Assembly (NCBI GenBank): GCA_005792635.1
Contig: SXRF01000091.1
Span: 1 to 48,865, forward strand
Source: Rickettsiales bacterium
Lineage (GTDB): Bacteria > Pseudomonadota > Alphaproteobacteria > Rickettsiales > SXRF01
Length of the DNA stretch: 48,865 bases
Direction of reading: 5' to 3'
Each line of letters opens with the position of its first letter. Within the stretch, counting starts at the first letter, position 1. The notes below the pieces were generated by a model. The model was not told where the DNA came from. It saw only the letters and a program-made list of their open reading frames with translations, and made no database searches. The position numbers and the translations under genes were made by a program. Below are positions 17,708 through 27,768 of the stretch, in pieces.

Positions 17708-18241
17708 TTATTTTATTCCTATTCTCTTGGCATATTTGCTATAGTCACCTGCTGCTATTTTCGCCTCGCGCAGCAGACCATCACCAAGTGCAAAGCCCAT
17801 GGTGTTAAAAACCTTCTCCCAGTTACTATCAAAGGTTGGTCGGGCGAATGGTCGCGCTGGTGCGGCTTTTACTTCTTTGCCGAAAATATGCTCACCGTCA
17901 GATAGAACTTTGGCAGGCATGCCCTTTTTCTTGGCGGTTTGCACCTTCACCACACCGCGCCCATATTCCTGCCAATATAGCCAAAAACCTTTACCAGATG
18001 AAACTACAAAACTTGCGCCGCCTCGGTCAGCGCGAATTTGCTTAACCTTGAATTGGTCGCGCCCATGTCCTGCTTTATGCTTTCCTTCACCAACTGGCGC
18101 AGCGTCGCGTAGGGCATTTTTCAGAACATTTGCCGCTTTACGCGTGGCAAAACTATTAACATTTTTCGCCATACGATCAGGTAACGCATCAAGCACCGCT
18201 TTCATTGCGCCGAAACCCGACATTTCTGCGGAAAATTCCAT
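17708..18241 (-). CDS. HK97 gp10-like tail completion protein
   Basis: AAPV, QEYG, PARPFARPTFD. Confidence 0.85.
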   Translation of the reverse strand: MEFSAEMSGFGAMKAVLDALPDRMAKNVNSFATRKAANVLKNALRDAAPVGEGKHKAGHGRDQFKVKQIRADRGGASFVVSSGKGFWLYWQEYGRGVVKVQTAKKKGMPAKVLSDGEHIFGKEVKAAPARPFARPTFDSNWEKVFNTMGFALGDGLLREAKIAAGDYSKYAKRIGIK

Positions 18242-18243
18242 TA

Positions 18244-20892
18244 TTATACCATTGGTCTGCCGTAAATATAGACATCGGCGGTGGCTGCTGCACCTTGAGC
18301 GGTGGTAAGGCTAAGATATAGCGTGGCAGCATTGAAAGTGTCGGCTTGCCCTGCGGCGGATATTGTCGCTTTTTGGAGCTTGGTTGCCGCGGTGCAGTTG
18401 GCATAAGTTTGTGCCGCTGCAACTATCGCTGTCCCACCCTTTGCTGCGGCTGAATATAATCCACCAGCGGCGTTGGTTAGGCTGGTGCTAGCATTGGTCA
18501 CTGTCATTCCAGTTACTTCATACTTATTCCCGGGGAAAAGAAGGGCTATTGCTTGGTCGGCGGTGGTGTTGAAATTTGCTCCCTTTAGGACGCCAATCAA
18601 AGAGTCTACACCCATAATTGAGACACCAGCATTAGGAACATCCGCTAATGTGTTATCTTTTCCAACACGCCCTTTCAGAATGTCACAAATATTTATTTCG
18701 TTGGAAGCCGTTGGTGATGATGCAATTACTCTATACCCAAACAACCAAACATTATCACCTGTTGTCGTCGCCCCTGTTCCACCATTATAGCCCGCCCCTC
18801 GACCAAAAAAACCACTGTAATCACATGATGTAGCCGATTGCCCCGCCTCATGTCCTAAAGCAGTTGACCAGTTGCCTGTGCAGTTTTTCAAGGCGGCTTG
18901 CCCAAAAGCGGTTAAACCCTGCCCACTTATATTGCTTTTAAGGGCTTGATAACCAAATGCAGTATTGTTGAACCCAACAGTATTAGATGCAAGTGCATCA
19001 TAACCAAAGCCAGCATTAAATGCGCCGCTAGAATCAAACGGACAATTTATTCCAAAATACATTGAGGTTGAGGAAAGAGAAGATGTGCCGAGTAATTTAT
19101 TTCCCCGCACCCATAATTGCCCCTGCATTTCAAAATCATTGGAGAACATGCGCTGGTTTGTTCCGCGCCCCCTGCCAGTTGCCATCAACAGGAAGGAAAA
19201 AATTGTATTGGCAATGTCAGAATAACCAATAACGCTTGGATGCACCCAAGTATCACCGAGATACCCAAGTGCATTAGCCGTATCATAATCTATCCAGCGG
19301 TTAAAAATATCAATCAGCGGAACGCCAGCCGCCGTTGCCGCCGCGCGGACAACATCGCGGTATGTTTGTTGGAATACTGTTGATTGATTATGCGTTCCAT
19401 CCGCTGGATTGGCTGGGTTGCCAGTAAGCACAAGAACATCGCCAACCGTTTTTGCTTGTGCGATAATGGTATCAAGATTAGTGCGGTAAGTGGTTAAATC
19501 AATCGTGCCAGCACACTCGTTAATTCCTGAAGTGATAATCGTCAAATGCGGCGCGGCGGCAATTACCGTTGGCAACCATGAATAAGGCTGACTGCTATCT
19601 ACCCAATCTTGAGAAGCTGTGCCGCCGAGTCCAGCTTTGATTACCTGAACGCATTTACGATTGGATGAATATGCTTCATACCCAATGGTATTGACCTGTC
19701 CACCAGAAACCCACTTTATGTTAAAAGTATGCCCTAAATCAGGTGCTGAAAGCGTAACCGAACCAACGCCTGCCGCCGCATTAGTGTCTATATTAGTAGT
19801 TCCCAGACCATCATAATCAACGCTCAATACCCCACCACCAACTCTCTTAACATACCAAAGTTTGAAAGTATCACAGGGCGTATTTGGCGTTATAGCCATA
19901 GAATTTGTATTAGTTGATGCTTTCCAAGTCGCACCGCCAGCAGATAATATGGTGTTATCTACGCTCCAAGAGCTGCCTTTTACAATTCTAGCATCGGTGA
20001 GATTGAAACCTAAATTGGCGTTATGTGTCGCAGGGGCTGCACCGCTAGTCATCAACATATTGGCTAATTGATGCGCCCATCCCACATCAACTCCGCCGTC
20101 AGTCGTGCTATCACCAAGGACAACGATTCTTGCATTGCCCTGTCCCGCCCGCATCTTGGCAAATGCTGCGGCAAATTTTGGCAACATGGTCGGGGCAAAA
20201 GAACTAGCCAGCTGGATAGCGGAGCTTAATCCGCTACCATCCGCGCCCTTAATATTTGCTGCTATGGAATAAGTCCCTCCACTGCGGAAATAAACATCTC
20301 CAGTGGTGGTTTTAAGATAATAATCACCATCAACCCCCAGCCCATTAGACGGCACACCCGCGCCGCTACGCCACACACTGCCATTTGTTCCGTTTGCACC
20401 AGCCGCGCCAGTAGCACCCTTGATATTCACGACAACTGAATAAGCCCCCGCGCTCCGCAGATATACATCGCTCGTTGTGGTATTGAGATAATAATCACCA
20501 TCCACTCCCAGCACATTAGAGGGAAGCCCAGTTCCGCTTCTCCAAACACTGCCGTTCGTTCCATTAGTTCCATTTGCGCCAGCTGCGCCAGTAGTACCTT
20601 TGATATTCACTACGATTGAATAAGTCCCTGCGGTGCGAAGATAAACATCAGAATTACTTGTATTGAGATAATAATCGCCATTTACGCCAAGGCTATTATC
20701 AGGTGCGCCCGCGCCGCTGCGCCAAATGCTGCCCGCGCCAACAACATTTGCACCAATTGGAATGCCGCCTAGCGTTACGCCATCACCTGTATAAAAAGTG
20801 TTGTTGTCAGTATCACAAACAATTTCGCGTTTAGCAAAAATCTTGGTCATGCGCCCAGCGGTGGTGACCTCTGGAACTTTATAAATTCCCAT
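18244..20892 (-). CDS. Virion fibre/appendage with Mtd-N-like start, collagen-linked repeats and SGNH/GDSL esterase domain
   Basis: EIVCDTDNNTFYTGDGVT start; three repeats; VLGDSTT, GLGG, GINE, DTWVHP SGNH blocks; NTAFGYQAL beta-roll repeats. Confidence 0.75.
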   Translation of the reverse strand: MGIYKVPEVTTAGRMTKIFAKREIVCDTDNNTFYTGDGVTLGGIPIGANVVGAGSIWRSGAGAPDNSLGVNGDYYLNTSNSDVYLRTAGTYSIVVNIKGTTGAAGANGTNGTNGSVWRSGTGLPSNVLGVDGDYYLNTTTSDVYLRSAGAYSVVVNIKGATGAAGANGTNGSVWRSGAGVPSNGLGVDGDYYLKTTTGDVYFRSGGTYSIAANIKGADGSGLSSAIQLASSFAPTMLPKFAAAFAKMRAGQGNARIVVLGDSTTDGGVDVGWAHQLANMLMTSGAAPATHNANLGFNLTDARIVKGSSWSVDNTILSAGGATWKASTNTNSMAITPNTPCDTFKLWYVKRVGGGVLSVDYDGLGTTNIDTNAAAGVGSVTLSAPDLGHTFNIKWVSGGQVNTIGYEAYSSNRKCVQVIKAGLGGTASQDWVDSSQPYSWLPTVIAAAPHLTIITSGINECAGTIDLTTYRTNLDTIIAQAKTVGDVLVLTGNPANPADGTHNQSTVFQQTYRDVVRAAATAAGVPLIDIFNRWIDYDTANALGYLGDTWVHPSVIGYSDIANTIFSFLLMATGRGRGTNQRMFSNDFEMQGQLWVRGNKLLGTSSLSSTSMYFGINCPFDSSGAFNAGFGYDALASNTVGFNNTAFGYQALKSNISGQGLTAFGQAALKNCTGNWSTALGHEAGQSATSCDYSGFFGRGAGYNGGTGATTTGDNVWLFGYRVIASSPTASNEINICDILKGRVGKDNTLADVPNAGVSIMGVDSLIGVLKGANFNTTADQAIALLFPGNKYEVTGMTVTNASTSLTNAAGGLYSAAAKGGTAIVAAAQTYANCTAATKLQKATISAAGQADTFNAATLYLSLTTAQGAAATADVYIYGRPMV
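20245..20735 (-). repeat. Three intragenic ~57-60 aa repeats
   Basis: GSxWRSGxGxPxNxLGVxGDYYLxTxxxDVYxRxxGxYSxxxNIKG three times, joined by GxxGxx triplets. Confidence 0.9.
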
Positions 20893-21071
20893 TATCTTAT
20901 TCCTCCATCGTAAATTATTTCTTCTATTTCGCGATCTCCGCCATCCATAATCACTGTTTCATCCAAGCGCGAGCCAAGCGAAAATGTTGAACCAGTGCTG
21001 TTAGCAAAGGTTTTTATTCCCACTTCAACGACATTGATTTTAGTTTCTTTAACCACGATAATTTCGCTCAT
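20892..21071 (-). CDS. Small acidic protein (59 aa), probably fibre-associated
   Basis: Read manually: MSEIIVVKETKINVVEVG...MDGGDREIEEIIYDGGIR; overlaps both neighbours (ATGA, TAATG). Confidence 0.6.
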   Translation of the reverse strand: MSEIIVVKETKINVVEVGIKTFANSTGSTFSLGSRLDETVIMDGGDREIEEIIYDGGIR

Positions 21072-21436
21072 CGCGTGATCCTTTTCTTAACGCTTACTAA
21101 TCCGCGAAGAAGCTTGGTTGCTTCGCCGTAACTGTCGGTTAGAATTAGGTCATAAACCCCGTTGAATACGCTGATTGCGTTCACGGCAGCCTTGCTCATA
21201 TTCACAGTAATCGCGCCGTCACTCCCAAGAATAATGCCATTTAGGGCTGGTTGTTCGGAGGTACTGGAAAGGTTGATGAATGCGGTGGTGGATTTTATCT
21301 TTGCTCTTGCCATTAATTGGGCTGACCAATCCGATAAATCGCGCGGAACTCCGTTTTCATCTTTCCAGATAAGTTCCAGCGCATAACTGCTACCCTGCTC
21401 AATAGTGATATTGAGTTCTGCAGGGATAATATTCAT
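21068..21436 (-). CDS. Ig-like virion protein, putative fibre adaptor
   Basis: NITIEQGSSY...DLSDWSAQLMAR...GVYDLILTD...LLRGLVSV beta-sandwich pattern common before phage fibre genes. Confidence 0.6.
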   Translation of the reverse strand: MNIIPAELNITIEQGSSYALELIWKDENGVPRDLSDWSAQLMARAKIKSTTAFINLSSTSEQPALNGIILGSDGAITVNMSKAAVNAISVFNGVYDLILTDSYGEATKLLRGLVSVKKRITR

Positions 21437-21447
21437 AAAAATCTATC

Positions 21448-21792
21448 TTAAAAATCCGTTAGTTTGCTTACTGCGGCATTTGCCATAATTTCCAGCCACC
21501 GCCGCCGACCAAGCTCAGCGATGCTGATAATATCGTAATCGCGTCCATCGTAAGAAATGCGCCATGTTGTATTAATATCCACGCGGTAGCGAATGCGGAA
21601 TTTAGTGCTAATTTCTGCGTTCACCTGCTGGGCAGCAATGAATTCGCGCCCGATGATGTCTAGTTTTTCTGCGAATACGACCGCCATATCCTGCCAAGTT
21701 TCGCTAACACCGCCCATGCTGTCGCGCGAAAGTACGCGCTGGCGCAGGGTGATTTTCCTGTCCATTCTGCCAATTTGAACTTTTATAGCCAT
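21448..21792 (-). CDS. Head closure protein (SPP1 gp16-like)
   Basis: IGRMDRKITL, DSMGG, GREF, FRIRYR. Confidence 0.9.
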   Translation of the reverse strand: MAIKVQIGRMDRKITLRQRVLSRDSMGGVSETWQDMAVVFAEKLDIIGREFIAAQQVNAEISTKFRIRYRVDINTTWRISYDGRDYDIISIAELGRRRWLEIMANAAVSKLTDF

Positions 21793-22394
21793 GAGAGCCT
21801 ATATGGATTAAGCAGAGCATCTACTGCGTATGGAACTTCTGCCACAGTTGCGCCTATCACGATAATTTCGCGGTTTTCGTAAAAATGCCCGATGAGGAGG
21901 AGCATAGCTTGCTTGATTGGTGCTGGAATATCATCACCATCATCGCCATAGCCAGCCGTGAAGCGAATTTTTACCGATTCAGGATAGCACCGCGCCGCTG
22001 GGAAAGTTTTACCATAAGCAGGAATAATTCGCACTGGTTCATTGGCGGTGATGGTGTAATCTTCCGCAGCAAGTGTTTGTTCAAAACCTGATTGGTCAAT
22101 ATATTTCACACTCACTACCTGCTGCACTGGCGCAAGCGGCAAGACAATCTCTTTGCAGGGAAAGCTATCCAGCGCGAATTCCCAAGTCTGGGTAATCAGC
22201 GCACGACCAAGCCAACCTTCGCGCCCGTCAATATGCTGTCGCGCCATGGTGATGAGTCGCTCTATATCTGGGCGTTCTATCTCATCCAGCCGTAAATGAG
22301 CCACTACCTCTTCAAAAGATAGTGGCTCATTTTCTGGCGCGGTGATAAGTTTGAGAGATTTTTCAATCTCGCGCTTGTTATATGCTGATAACAT
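21783..22394 (-). CDS. Head-tail connector (HK97 gp6 / phiE125 gp8-like)
   Basis: EPLSFEEVVAHLR, GRALITQTW, FTAGYG, AMLLLIGHFYENRE. Confidence 0.9.
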   Translation of the reverse strand: MLSAYNKREIEKSLKLITAPENEPLSFEEVVAHLRLDEIERPDIERLITMARQHIDGREGWLGRALITQTWEFALDSFPCKEIVLPLAPVQQVVSVKYIDQSGFEQTLAAEDYTITANEPVRIIPAYGKTFPAARCYPESVKIRFTAGYGDDGDDIPAPIKQAMLLLIGHFYENREIIVIGATVAEVPYAVDALLNPYRLSWL

Positions 22395-22638
22395 CTGCTT
22401 TTCCAGCTTCTAGTGCGTAAGCAACTGCTTCTTCGCTATCGTCAGCCGCTCCGCTCTCAATGAGTGATTTCGCAGTGGCTGCGTCAGTCTCCACCACTTG
22501 ATTTGCTTTAACGGCTACATCTTTGATTTTGGTCGCTGTCAAAATGCGGATTTTCACTGCATCTTCATTCTTTGGGGCTGCTTCGGGTTTTTTTGGGGCT
22601 GCTTCGGGTTTTTTTGGGGCTGCCATATTTCTCTCCAT
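22378..22638 (-). CDS. Small hypothetical protein after capsid gene, with APKKPE repeats
   Basis: ORF between MCP and connector; 21-bp tandem repeat; likely start at internal ATG 22626 after GGAG. Confidence 0.65.
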   Translation of the reverse strand: MERNMAAPKKPEAAPKKPEAAPKNEDAVKIRILTATKIKDVAVKANQVVETDAATAKSLIESGAADDSEEAVAYALEAGKADVISI

Positions 22639-22670
22639 AAAAAGATAGGGCTGGTTTTATCCAGCCCTAT
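22639..22670 (-). terminator. Intrinsic terminator downstream of capsid gene
   Basis: ATAGGGCTGG/CCAGCCCTAT stem followed by U-run on minus strand. Confidence 0.7.
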
Positions 22671-22702
22671 AAGGTGGGTGATTAAGGAATAAGATAAAGA
22701 TA

Positions 22703-23917
22703 TTAGGTCGCAGAGTTTTGGTAATATTTTACTGCGTTAGCATCTAGCAAATTACCGCCATGGCGCGACCATTGCAGGAAACCTACCTGACCAAGTTTTG
22801 TATAAGCTGAATCAGTGAAGCGGAATAGACTAGCCGCCATTACATCACGAATAGTGTAATTGCTAAAATCACCAAAGAGGATGGATTTAGCATTTGCTGC
22901 CATGGTTGCGATGTCTTGATTAACAACCACTTCGTAACCAAGAATTGTATCAGCCATTGCTTTACCTAGAGAATCACACTCTGGAATTAGCAATGGGCGA
23001 CCTGTTGTATCTTTTAACTTACGGATAATTTTCAAAGACGCATCATTCATCATGAAGCGACACTTACCTAAAGCACGATAAGCAGGATCAACCGAGTGAA
23101 TCAAATCAATCAAATCATCAACAATAATAGTTGTAGTTTGCCCTGTTGTTCCAACTTTACCAGCACCCGCACCTGTTACCACACCTCTTGGCTGCGCTGA
23201 ACCCGAGCCAGTCGTAAAATATTGATTGGTAATACGAGCAACACGAGTGGCTAGACGACCACGCACGAATGCTTCGACATCAACAGCCGCATCTTGCAAT
23301 AACTCATATGGAATAGCGACAATTTTTGAGCTGAATTTATAAACAGGCAATCCCACCAAGCCGAAGGTTGGGTCAGCGGCAGAAGCAGTAGTATTTTCAG
23401 CAATAAGCTCACCAACTTCAGATGTGCCATCGGAGCTTGGAAAGCTAATTAATTCACCAGATTGCGTAGGAAGAATAGTCGCAACTTCTCGCATTCCACC
23501 ATAAGCTTTAAGTGCATCAATCAGTTGAGATGCAACTGTTGCAGGCACGGTATAGGCACCCTCTGAAGATGTTGTGGTACTCATAGTATTGCGAATTTGC
23601 TGCCATTCCTCAGCATTAAGTGCCTTATCACCACCACGCAACCATTTGTTGAATAATTCAATCTGTGGAGTGGTCGCATTAGCATTTTTGCGCTCTATTG
23701 TGTTAGAAAGCTGATTAGAAATCGCATCGTCGCGCTCCAAATCAAGCACGGCAGTAATGCGGTTGATTTCCGCTTTTGCCGCTTCAATTTTACCCATATT
23801 TTCATCATAGGTAGCCTGATTTTCGGAAGTCCATGTTTTGCCTTTGCTATTTTCTAGCAAGTCCTTGGTATTTTGAGTGAGTGCTGCAATTTGCTCACGC
23901 AGTTGTTGAATGCTCAT
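22703..23917 (-). CDS. Major capsid protein (HK97 fold with delta domain)
   Basis: Coiled-coil N-terminus, GAYTVP, ELLQD, GSGSAQPRG, LFGDFS; start at ATG 23917 after GGAG. Confidence 0.95.
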   Translation of the reverse strand: MSIQQLREQIAALTQNTKDLLENSKGKTWTSENQATYDENMGKIEAAKAEINRITAVLDLERDDAISNQLSNTIERKNANATTPQIELFNKWLRGGDKALNAEEWQQIRNTMSTTTSSEGAYTVPATVASQLIDALKAYGGMREVATILPTQSGELISFPSSDGTSEVGELIAENTTASAADPTFGLVGLPVYKFSSKIVAIPYELLQDAAVDVEAFVRGRLATRVARITNQYFTTGSGSAQPRGVVTGAGAGKVGTTGQTTTIIVDDLIDLIHSVDPAYRALGKCRFMMNDASLKIIRKLKDTTGRPLLIPECDSLGKAMADTILGYEVVVNQDIATMAANAKSILFGDFSNYTIRDVMAASLFRFTDSAYTKLGQVGFLQWSRHGGNLLDANAVKYYQNSAT

Positions 23918-23944
23918 AGTATTCTCCATTTTTGAGTTAAAAAT

Positions 23945-23973
23945 AAAAAACCCACCTTAAAATTAAGGTGGGT
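23945..23973 (-). terminator. Terminator-like hairpin between protease and capsid genes
   Basis: ACCCACCTTAA/TTAAGGTGGGT inverted repeat with U-run on minus strand. Confidence 0.6.
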
Positions 23974-24000
23974 GGAAGCTGCAAATCGCGTGAGTGACGC

Positions 24001-24840
24001 TTAGGCAGTGGCGGTGGCAAGTTGCAATTGACGCAACAAGCTATTTTGGTGTGAGTTATCTGGCTCTGTTGGTTCGTTTTCTGGTTTAGAGGCGAGATAT
24101 TGCTCACGCTCTAAATTCACCTGTTGGAATTTATCCCATGCCTCCTCTAATGAGGAAACACGCTCATTAATTTTATTTTCGCTAGTTTTAGGCGCATTTT
24201 TATAAGCTGACAGATTCCAACCACTCTCATTTTTGCTGGTTGATTTATTGTTTTCTGGCGCGATGCGGTCAACAAAGCCATTATCTACGGCTTCCTGCGC
24301 GGAAAACCATGTTTCTTTCGCCATCCAATCTGTGATAGTGGCTTTTTCCTGCCCAGTTTTTGCAGCGTAGCTATCAACAATGCTGGTATCAACTTTTTCA
24401 AGTAAGTCTGCCGTTTTGCGAATATCCTGTGCATTTCCAATAGCGATTGACCACGCATTGTGGATCATCACAAAGCCGCCTTTGGTGATTTCTATTTCGC
24501 TGGCTGCCAGCATCAAGAAACTTGCGGCGGAAGCCGCATAGCCATCAATATGTGCAATTACCTTCGCATTGCTTTCACGCAGAGCCTGCTCAATCGCCCG
24601 ACCAGCAAAAACATCGCCACCAGCACAGTTGATGCGCAGGTGAATAGTATCAACCTGCAAAGCGCGAATTTCTTTTACCAACCCTTCTGCCGAAACACCG
24701 CCCCACCACTGTGCTTCAGCTTCAGTTGCAACAATCGCGTCATAAAGGTAAATAGTTGCCTCATTCGCGGCGGAAACCACTCTTGATTTAGGCTTTGCTG
24801 CCCTATTGTCCGCTAGAAGTTTGAGTATTTGCTGCATCAC
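24001..24840 (-). CDS. Prohead protease, ClpP-type
   Basis: INCAGGDV, DGYAASAAS, MIHNA, ETWFSAQEA. Confidence 0.93.
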   Translation of the reverse strand: MMQQILKLLADNRAAKPKSRVVSAANEATIYLYDAIVATEAEAQWWGGVSAEGLVKEIRALQVDTIHLRINCAGGDVFAGRAIEQALRESNAKVIAHIDGYAASAASFLMLAASEIEITKGGFVMIHNAWSIAIGNAQDIRKTADLLEKVDTSIVDSYAAKTGQEKATITDWMAKETWFSAQEAVDNGFVDRIAPENNKSTSKNESGWNLSAYKNAPKTSENKINERVSSLEEAWDKFQQVNLEREQYLASKPENEPTEPDNSHQNSLLRQLQLATATA

Positions 24841-26086
24841 TTGCTCCTTTAGCTATAATTCCTGTGTTAAGCGCATCGCCACCTTCAATCGGTGCTTCGT
24901 TTTCTAGACGGCGCACTTCATTGACTGTTTTCCATGCTGGTTCACCAGCGCGACCAAGCGATATGCGGTGTGCTTCATAACGGCTTTTCAAATCGCCGCG
25001 CTCTAAGCCTGCGGTATTGAATTCGCAAAAAATAGCGGTAGCGCGGAAACATTTGCGGTTTATTTCCTGCTGAAATTTCACCAAATATTTATTCAGCGTA
25101 TATTTTACAAAGCCAATGCCGAGCTGCTCAATTCCCGCTCCCCAGCTTGTAGTTTTTTCATTATGACCAATCATGAATGGCGGCACGCCAAAAATACGCG
25201 CAATATCTTCCACCTGAAACTGGCGGGTGGCAAGAAGCTGGGCATCTTCAGCATTGATGCTCAATTTTTCAATTTCCAAATCGCCTTGCAGAACCATTGG
25301 TTTATGGCGATTACCCATGCCACTATGGCGGCTAGCAATGTTGTTTTTGATGCTTTCCGCCTGCTCTGGCGTTAATTTTCCTTTGGTTTTTATTGCGAAA
25401 TCGGGCATTGCGCCATTCTGAAAGAACTCACCGCTATATTGGTCGGCGGCAATCGCGATGCCTGCAGACTGCAATAATGCGTTTTTCAAAGTGCTTGCAC
25501 CGCGTAGCCCATCAAAACCCAGATTCGGCACATGAAGCATATCGTCTTGATCTACCACTTCAGTTTTTCCGTCCAAGCGGTAAATGGTGTAGATTAGACG
25601 ACCATCTTTTTTTTGCACACTTACTGCAAGCGGGTGGATTCCTTCAAAACCAGCAATTTTTGGTGAATAGCGTGAAGGGCGAATGATTTTTGCAAAGGCA
25701 TCACCATGTAGCAAAATTGATGATAGTAGAAATTCCCACAACACGCCCGCGCTATAGCAAGGATTTGGCTCTTGATTTAACAACCACCATAAATCATGCT
25801 TAATTTTTTCAGGTATATCATTCTCCGTGCGCTTGTAAAAATTCAGGGGAATGCTAACCACAGCCCCAGAAATCAAAGCAACGCAGGAATAAACAGCGGA
25901 AACCCGCATCGCGGTTCGCTCATTGACCGCCACGCCCGCACTACCAATGCCAATATTAAAAATATCGTTCCAGTCGCTATAATCTGAACTTTGTGATATG
26001 TCTGCCGCCTGAGGGGTAGAGAGTATAGGAGCAGCATTTCTGGCAATTTCTTCTTGCTTGCCAAAAAACCGATTAAAAATACTCAT
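24803..26086 (-). CDS. Portal protein (HK97 family)
   Basis: SAVYSCV, EPNP, FFQNGA, IARIFGVPP, TVNEVRRLEN. Confidence 0.95.
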   Translation of the reverse strand: MSIFNRFFGKQEEIARNAAPILSTPQAADISQSSDYSDWNDIFNIGIGSAGVAVNERTAMRVSAVYSCVALISGAVVSIPLNFYKRTENDIPEKIKHDLWWLLNQEPNPCYSAGVLWEFLLSSILLHGDAFAKIIRPSRYSPKIAGFEGIHPLAVSVQKKDGRLIYTIYRLDGKTEVVDQDDMLHVPNLGFDGLRGASTLKNALLQSAGIAIAADQYSGEFFQNGAMPDFAIKTKGKLTPEQAESIKNNIASRHSGMGNRHKPMVLQGDLEIEKLSINAEDAQLLATRQFQVEDIARIFGVPPFMIGHNEKTTSWGAGIEQLGIGFVKYTLNKYLVKFQQEINRKCFRATAIFCEFNTAGLERGDLKSRYEAHRISLGRAGEPAWKTVNEVRRLENEAPIEGGDALNTGIIAKGASDAANTQTSSGQ

Positions 26087-27768
26087 AAAATTATGACCTC
26101 AGGAGGTATATCCTCATTGTTTTTTATCATCAAGCCGATAGCTTCCAGCATTGCGACATAGCCGTCTATTTTTTCCTGACTATTTTTCTTGTCAGGGGCG
26201 ATGTTGTCGTTGGCATCGCGCCGAGCAATCAGGTTTGAAGCGTGCCATCCAAGTATCTGGTCGCCGCCATGGTCTAGCTTCCCTGATGTATAGAGCCTAT
26301 CAGCCTCTTTCATTGGTGCGTTGAATGAAGCATGCCCTTGACGAAACTCTATCATCGGAACACCTTGCTCTAGCATCCGCGTTCCAAGTTGGGCGGCATT
26401 CCATGGATCAAAACCGATGCCCTGAATATTGAAATTTTTCATTGCCCAGAGAATGTCGCGCTCAATATAGGCGTAATCGGTGACATTTCCCTCGGTAAGC
26501 GTCAGCAAACCAGCCTTTGCCCAAATCTGATATGGCACATTGCCACGAGTGGTACGCGGAATTACGGTCTCTTCGGGAAGATAATATTTCCCCCAAACTT
26601 TTACTCTGTCGCCAACTTTCCAAGCCAGAACCAGCGCGTTCATATCAGAAACCGCTGCAAGGTCTAAACCGCCATAGCAAGGAACATCGCGGAGTTCCTC
26701 AATATCCACCGCGCCACTGCATTTTTTCCAAAGCGTGATGTTGATATGCCCGCTTTTCGCGCTAGTCCAAATATTCAGCCGCTTGGTTTGAAACTCGCCA
26801 AAACTAGCTGGGCTGTTTTTTGCTTCATTAGCATACGCCGCCAGCGCATCAAGCTGGACGCTGACACCAAGCAGTGGGTTTGCCTTTATCCAAATTTCTG
26901 GGTCAAAAGCATCATCCCCTTCATCAAGCGTGAATATTATGCCAAAGAAATGGTCGGCTTCAATAATTCCGTCCAAAATCTTGGTTACCAATGTTCGTTG
27001 CTCGTAGCAAACTCCCATTGTGTCATATCCTGCGGTGGTTATCATCCACAGCAGAGGATTTTTTCGCGCACCGAAAGCCGAGCGGATAACATCATATAAT
27101 CCGCGGTCTTTATGGGCGTGAACCTCGTCTAATATGCCAACATGCGGGTTATGCCCATCTTGCGTTGATGATTTTGAATTTATTGGTTGAATAAATCCGC
27201 CGTTATCACCGCAAGTTATAGAACGCGCCCATGCCTGAACGCCGAATGCCTCGCGCAAATCGGCGGTCATTTCCACCATTCGCTTGGCTGGATTAAACAC
27301 TTTTCCAGCTTGGTCGCCAGTAGTCGCGCCAATAATTATTTGTGCGCCAACTTCATTCTCACAGCAGAGGCAATATAAGGCGATGCCCGCCGTAAGCGTT
27401 GATTTAGCGTTTTTTCGCGCCATTTCAATATAGACATTGCTAAATCTACGGAGCTGGCTTTGTCTTTTGCGCCAGCCAAATATCACGCAGAGCAAGAATA
27501 TTTGAGCTGGCTCTAAAACAATAGTTTTTTTATCCCAGCTTCCCTCAACATGGGGCAATTTTTCAATAAAATCGCAAACATCATTCGCATGCCAATTATC
27601 AAAATTATATGGCGAGGTTACTTTGTTCCAGCGTTTTAAGTCATCCAAATGACGCTGCGCGGCAAGGCGAACCCATTTACAATATATTTTTTTGTTTTTT
27701 GGATCAGCCGCAGCTTTGGCATATGCCAGCGCAACCGAAGCATAATCACGACTGTGACCTGTTTCCAT
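26083..27768 (-). CDS. Terminase large subunit
   Basis: ARKNAKST Walker A, ILDEVH Walker B, ITTAG, GGLDLA, KIDG; start taken at ATG 27768. Confidence 0.96.
   Translation of the reverse strand: METGHSRDYASVALAYAKAAADPKNKKIYCKWVRLAAQRHLDDLKRWNKVTSPYNFDNWHANDVCDFIEKLPHVEGSWDKKTIVLEPAQIFLLCVIFGWRKRQSQLRRFSNVYIEMARKNAKSTLTAGIALYCLCCENEVGAQIIIGATTGDQAGKVFNPAKRMVEMTADLREAFGVQAWARSITCGDNGGFIQPINSKSSTQDGHNPHVGILDEVHAHKDRGLYDVIRSAFGARKNPLLWMITTAGYDTMGVCYEQRTLVTKILDGIIEADHFFGIIFTLDEGDDAFDPEIWIKANPLLGVSVQLDALAAYANEAKNSPASFGEFQTKRLNIWTSAKSGHINITLWKKCSGAVDIEELRDVPCYGGLDLAAVSDMNALVLAWKVGDRVKVWGKYYLPEETVIPRTTRGNVPYQIWAKAGLLTLTEGNVTDYAYIERDILWAMKNFNIQGIGFDPWNAAQLGTRMLEQGVPMIEFRQGHASFNAPMKEADRLYTSGKLDHGGDQILGWHASNLIARRDANDNIAPDKKNSQEKIDGYVAMLEAIGLMIKNNEDIPPEVIIL

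Noticed and set aside
17799-18308. 169-aa plus-strand ORF and similar antisense ORFs in late genes
   Set aside because: No promoter or RBS noticed, unlike the 34739-34993 ORF; treated as shadows.
18244-20892. Diversity-generating retroelement suggested by Mtd-N-like start
   Set aside because: No reverse transcriptase and no TR/VR pair seen. The TMP/mimic differences are mostly third-position changes, not adenine-specific.
22573-22622. 21-bp tandem repeat
   Set aside because: Encodes a low-complexity APKKPEA linker; no further signal.
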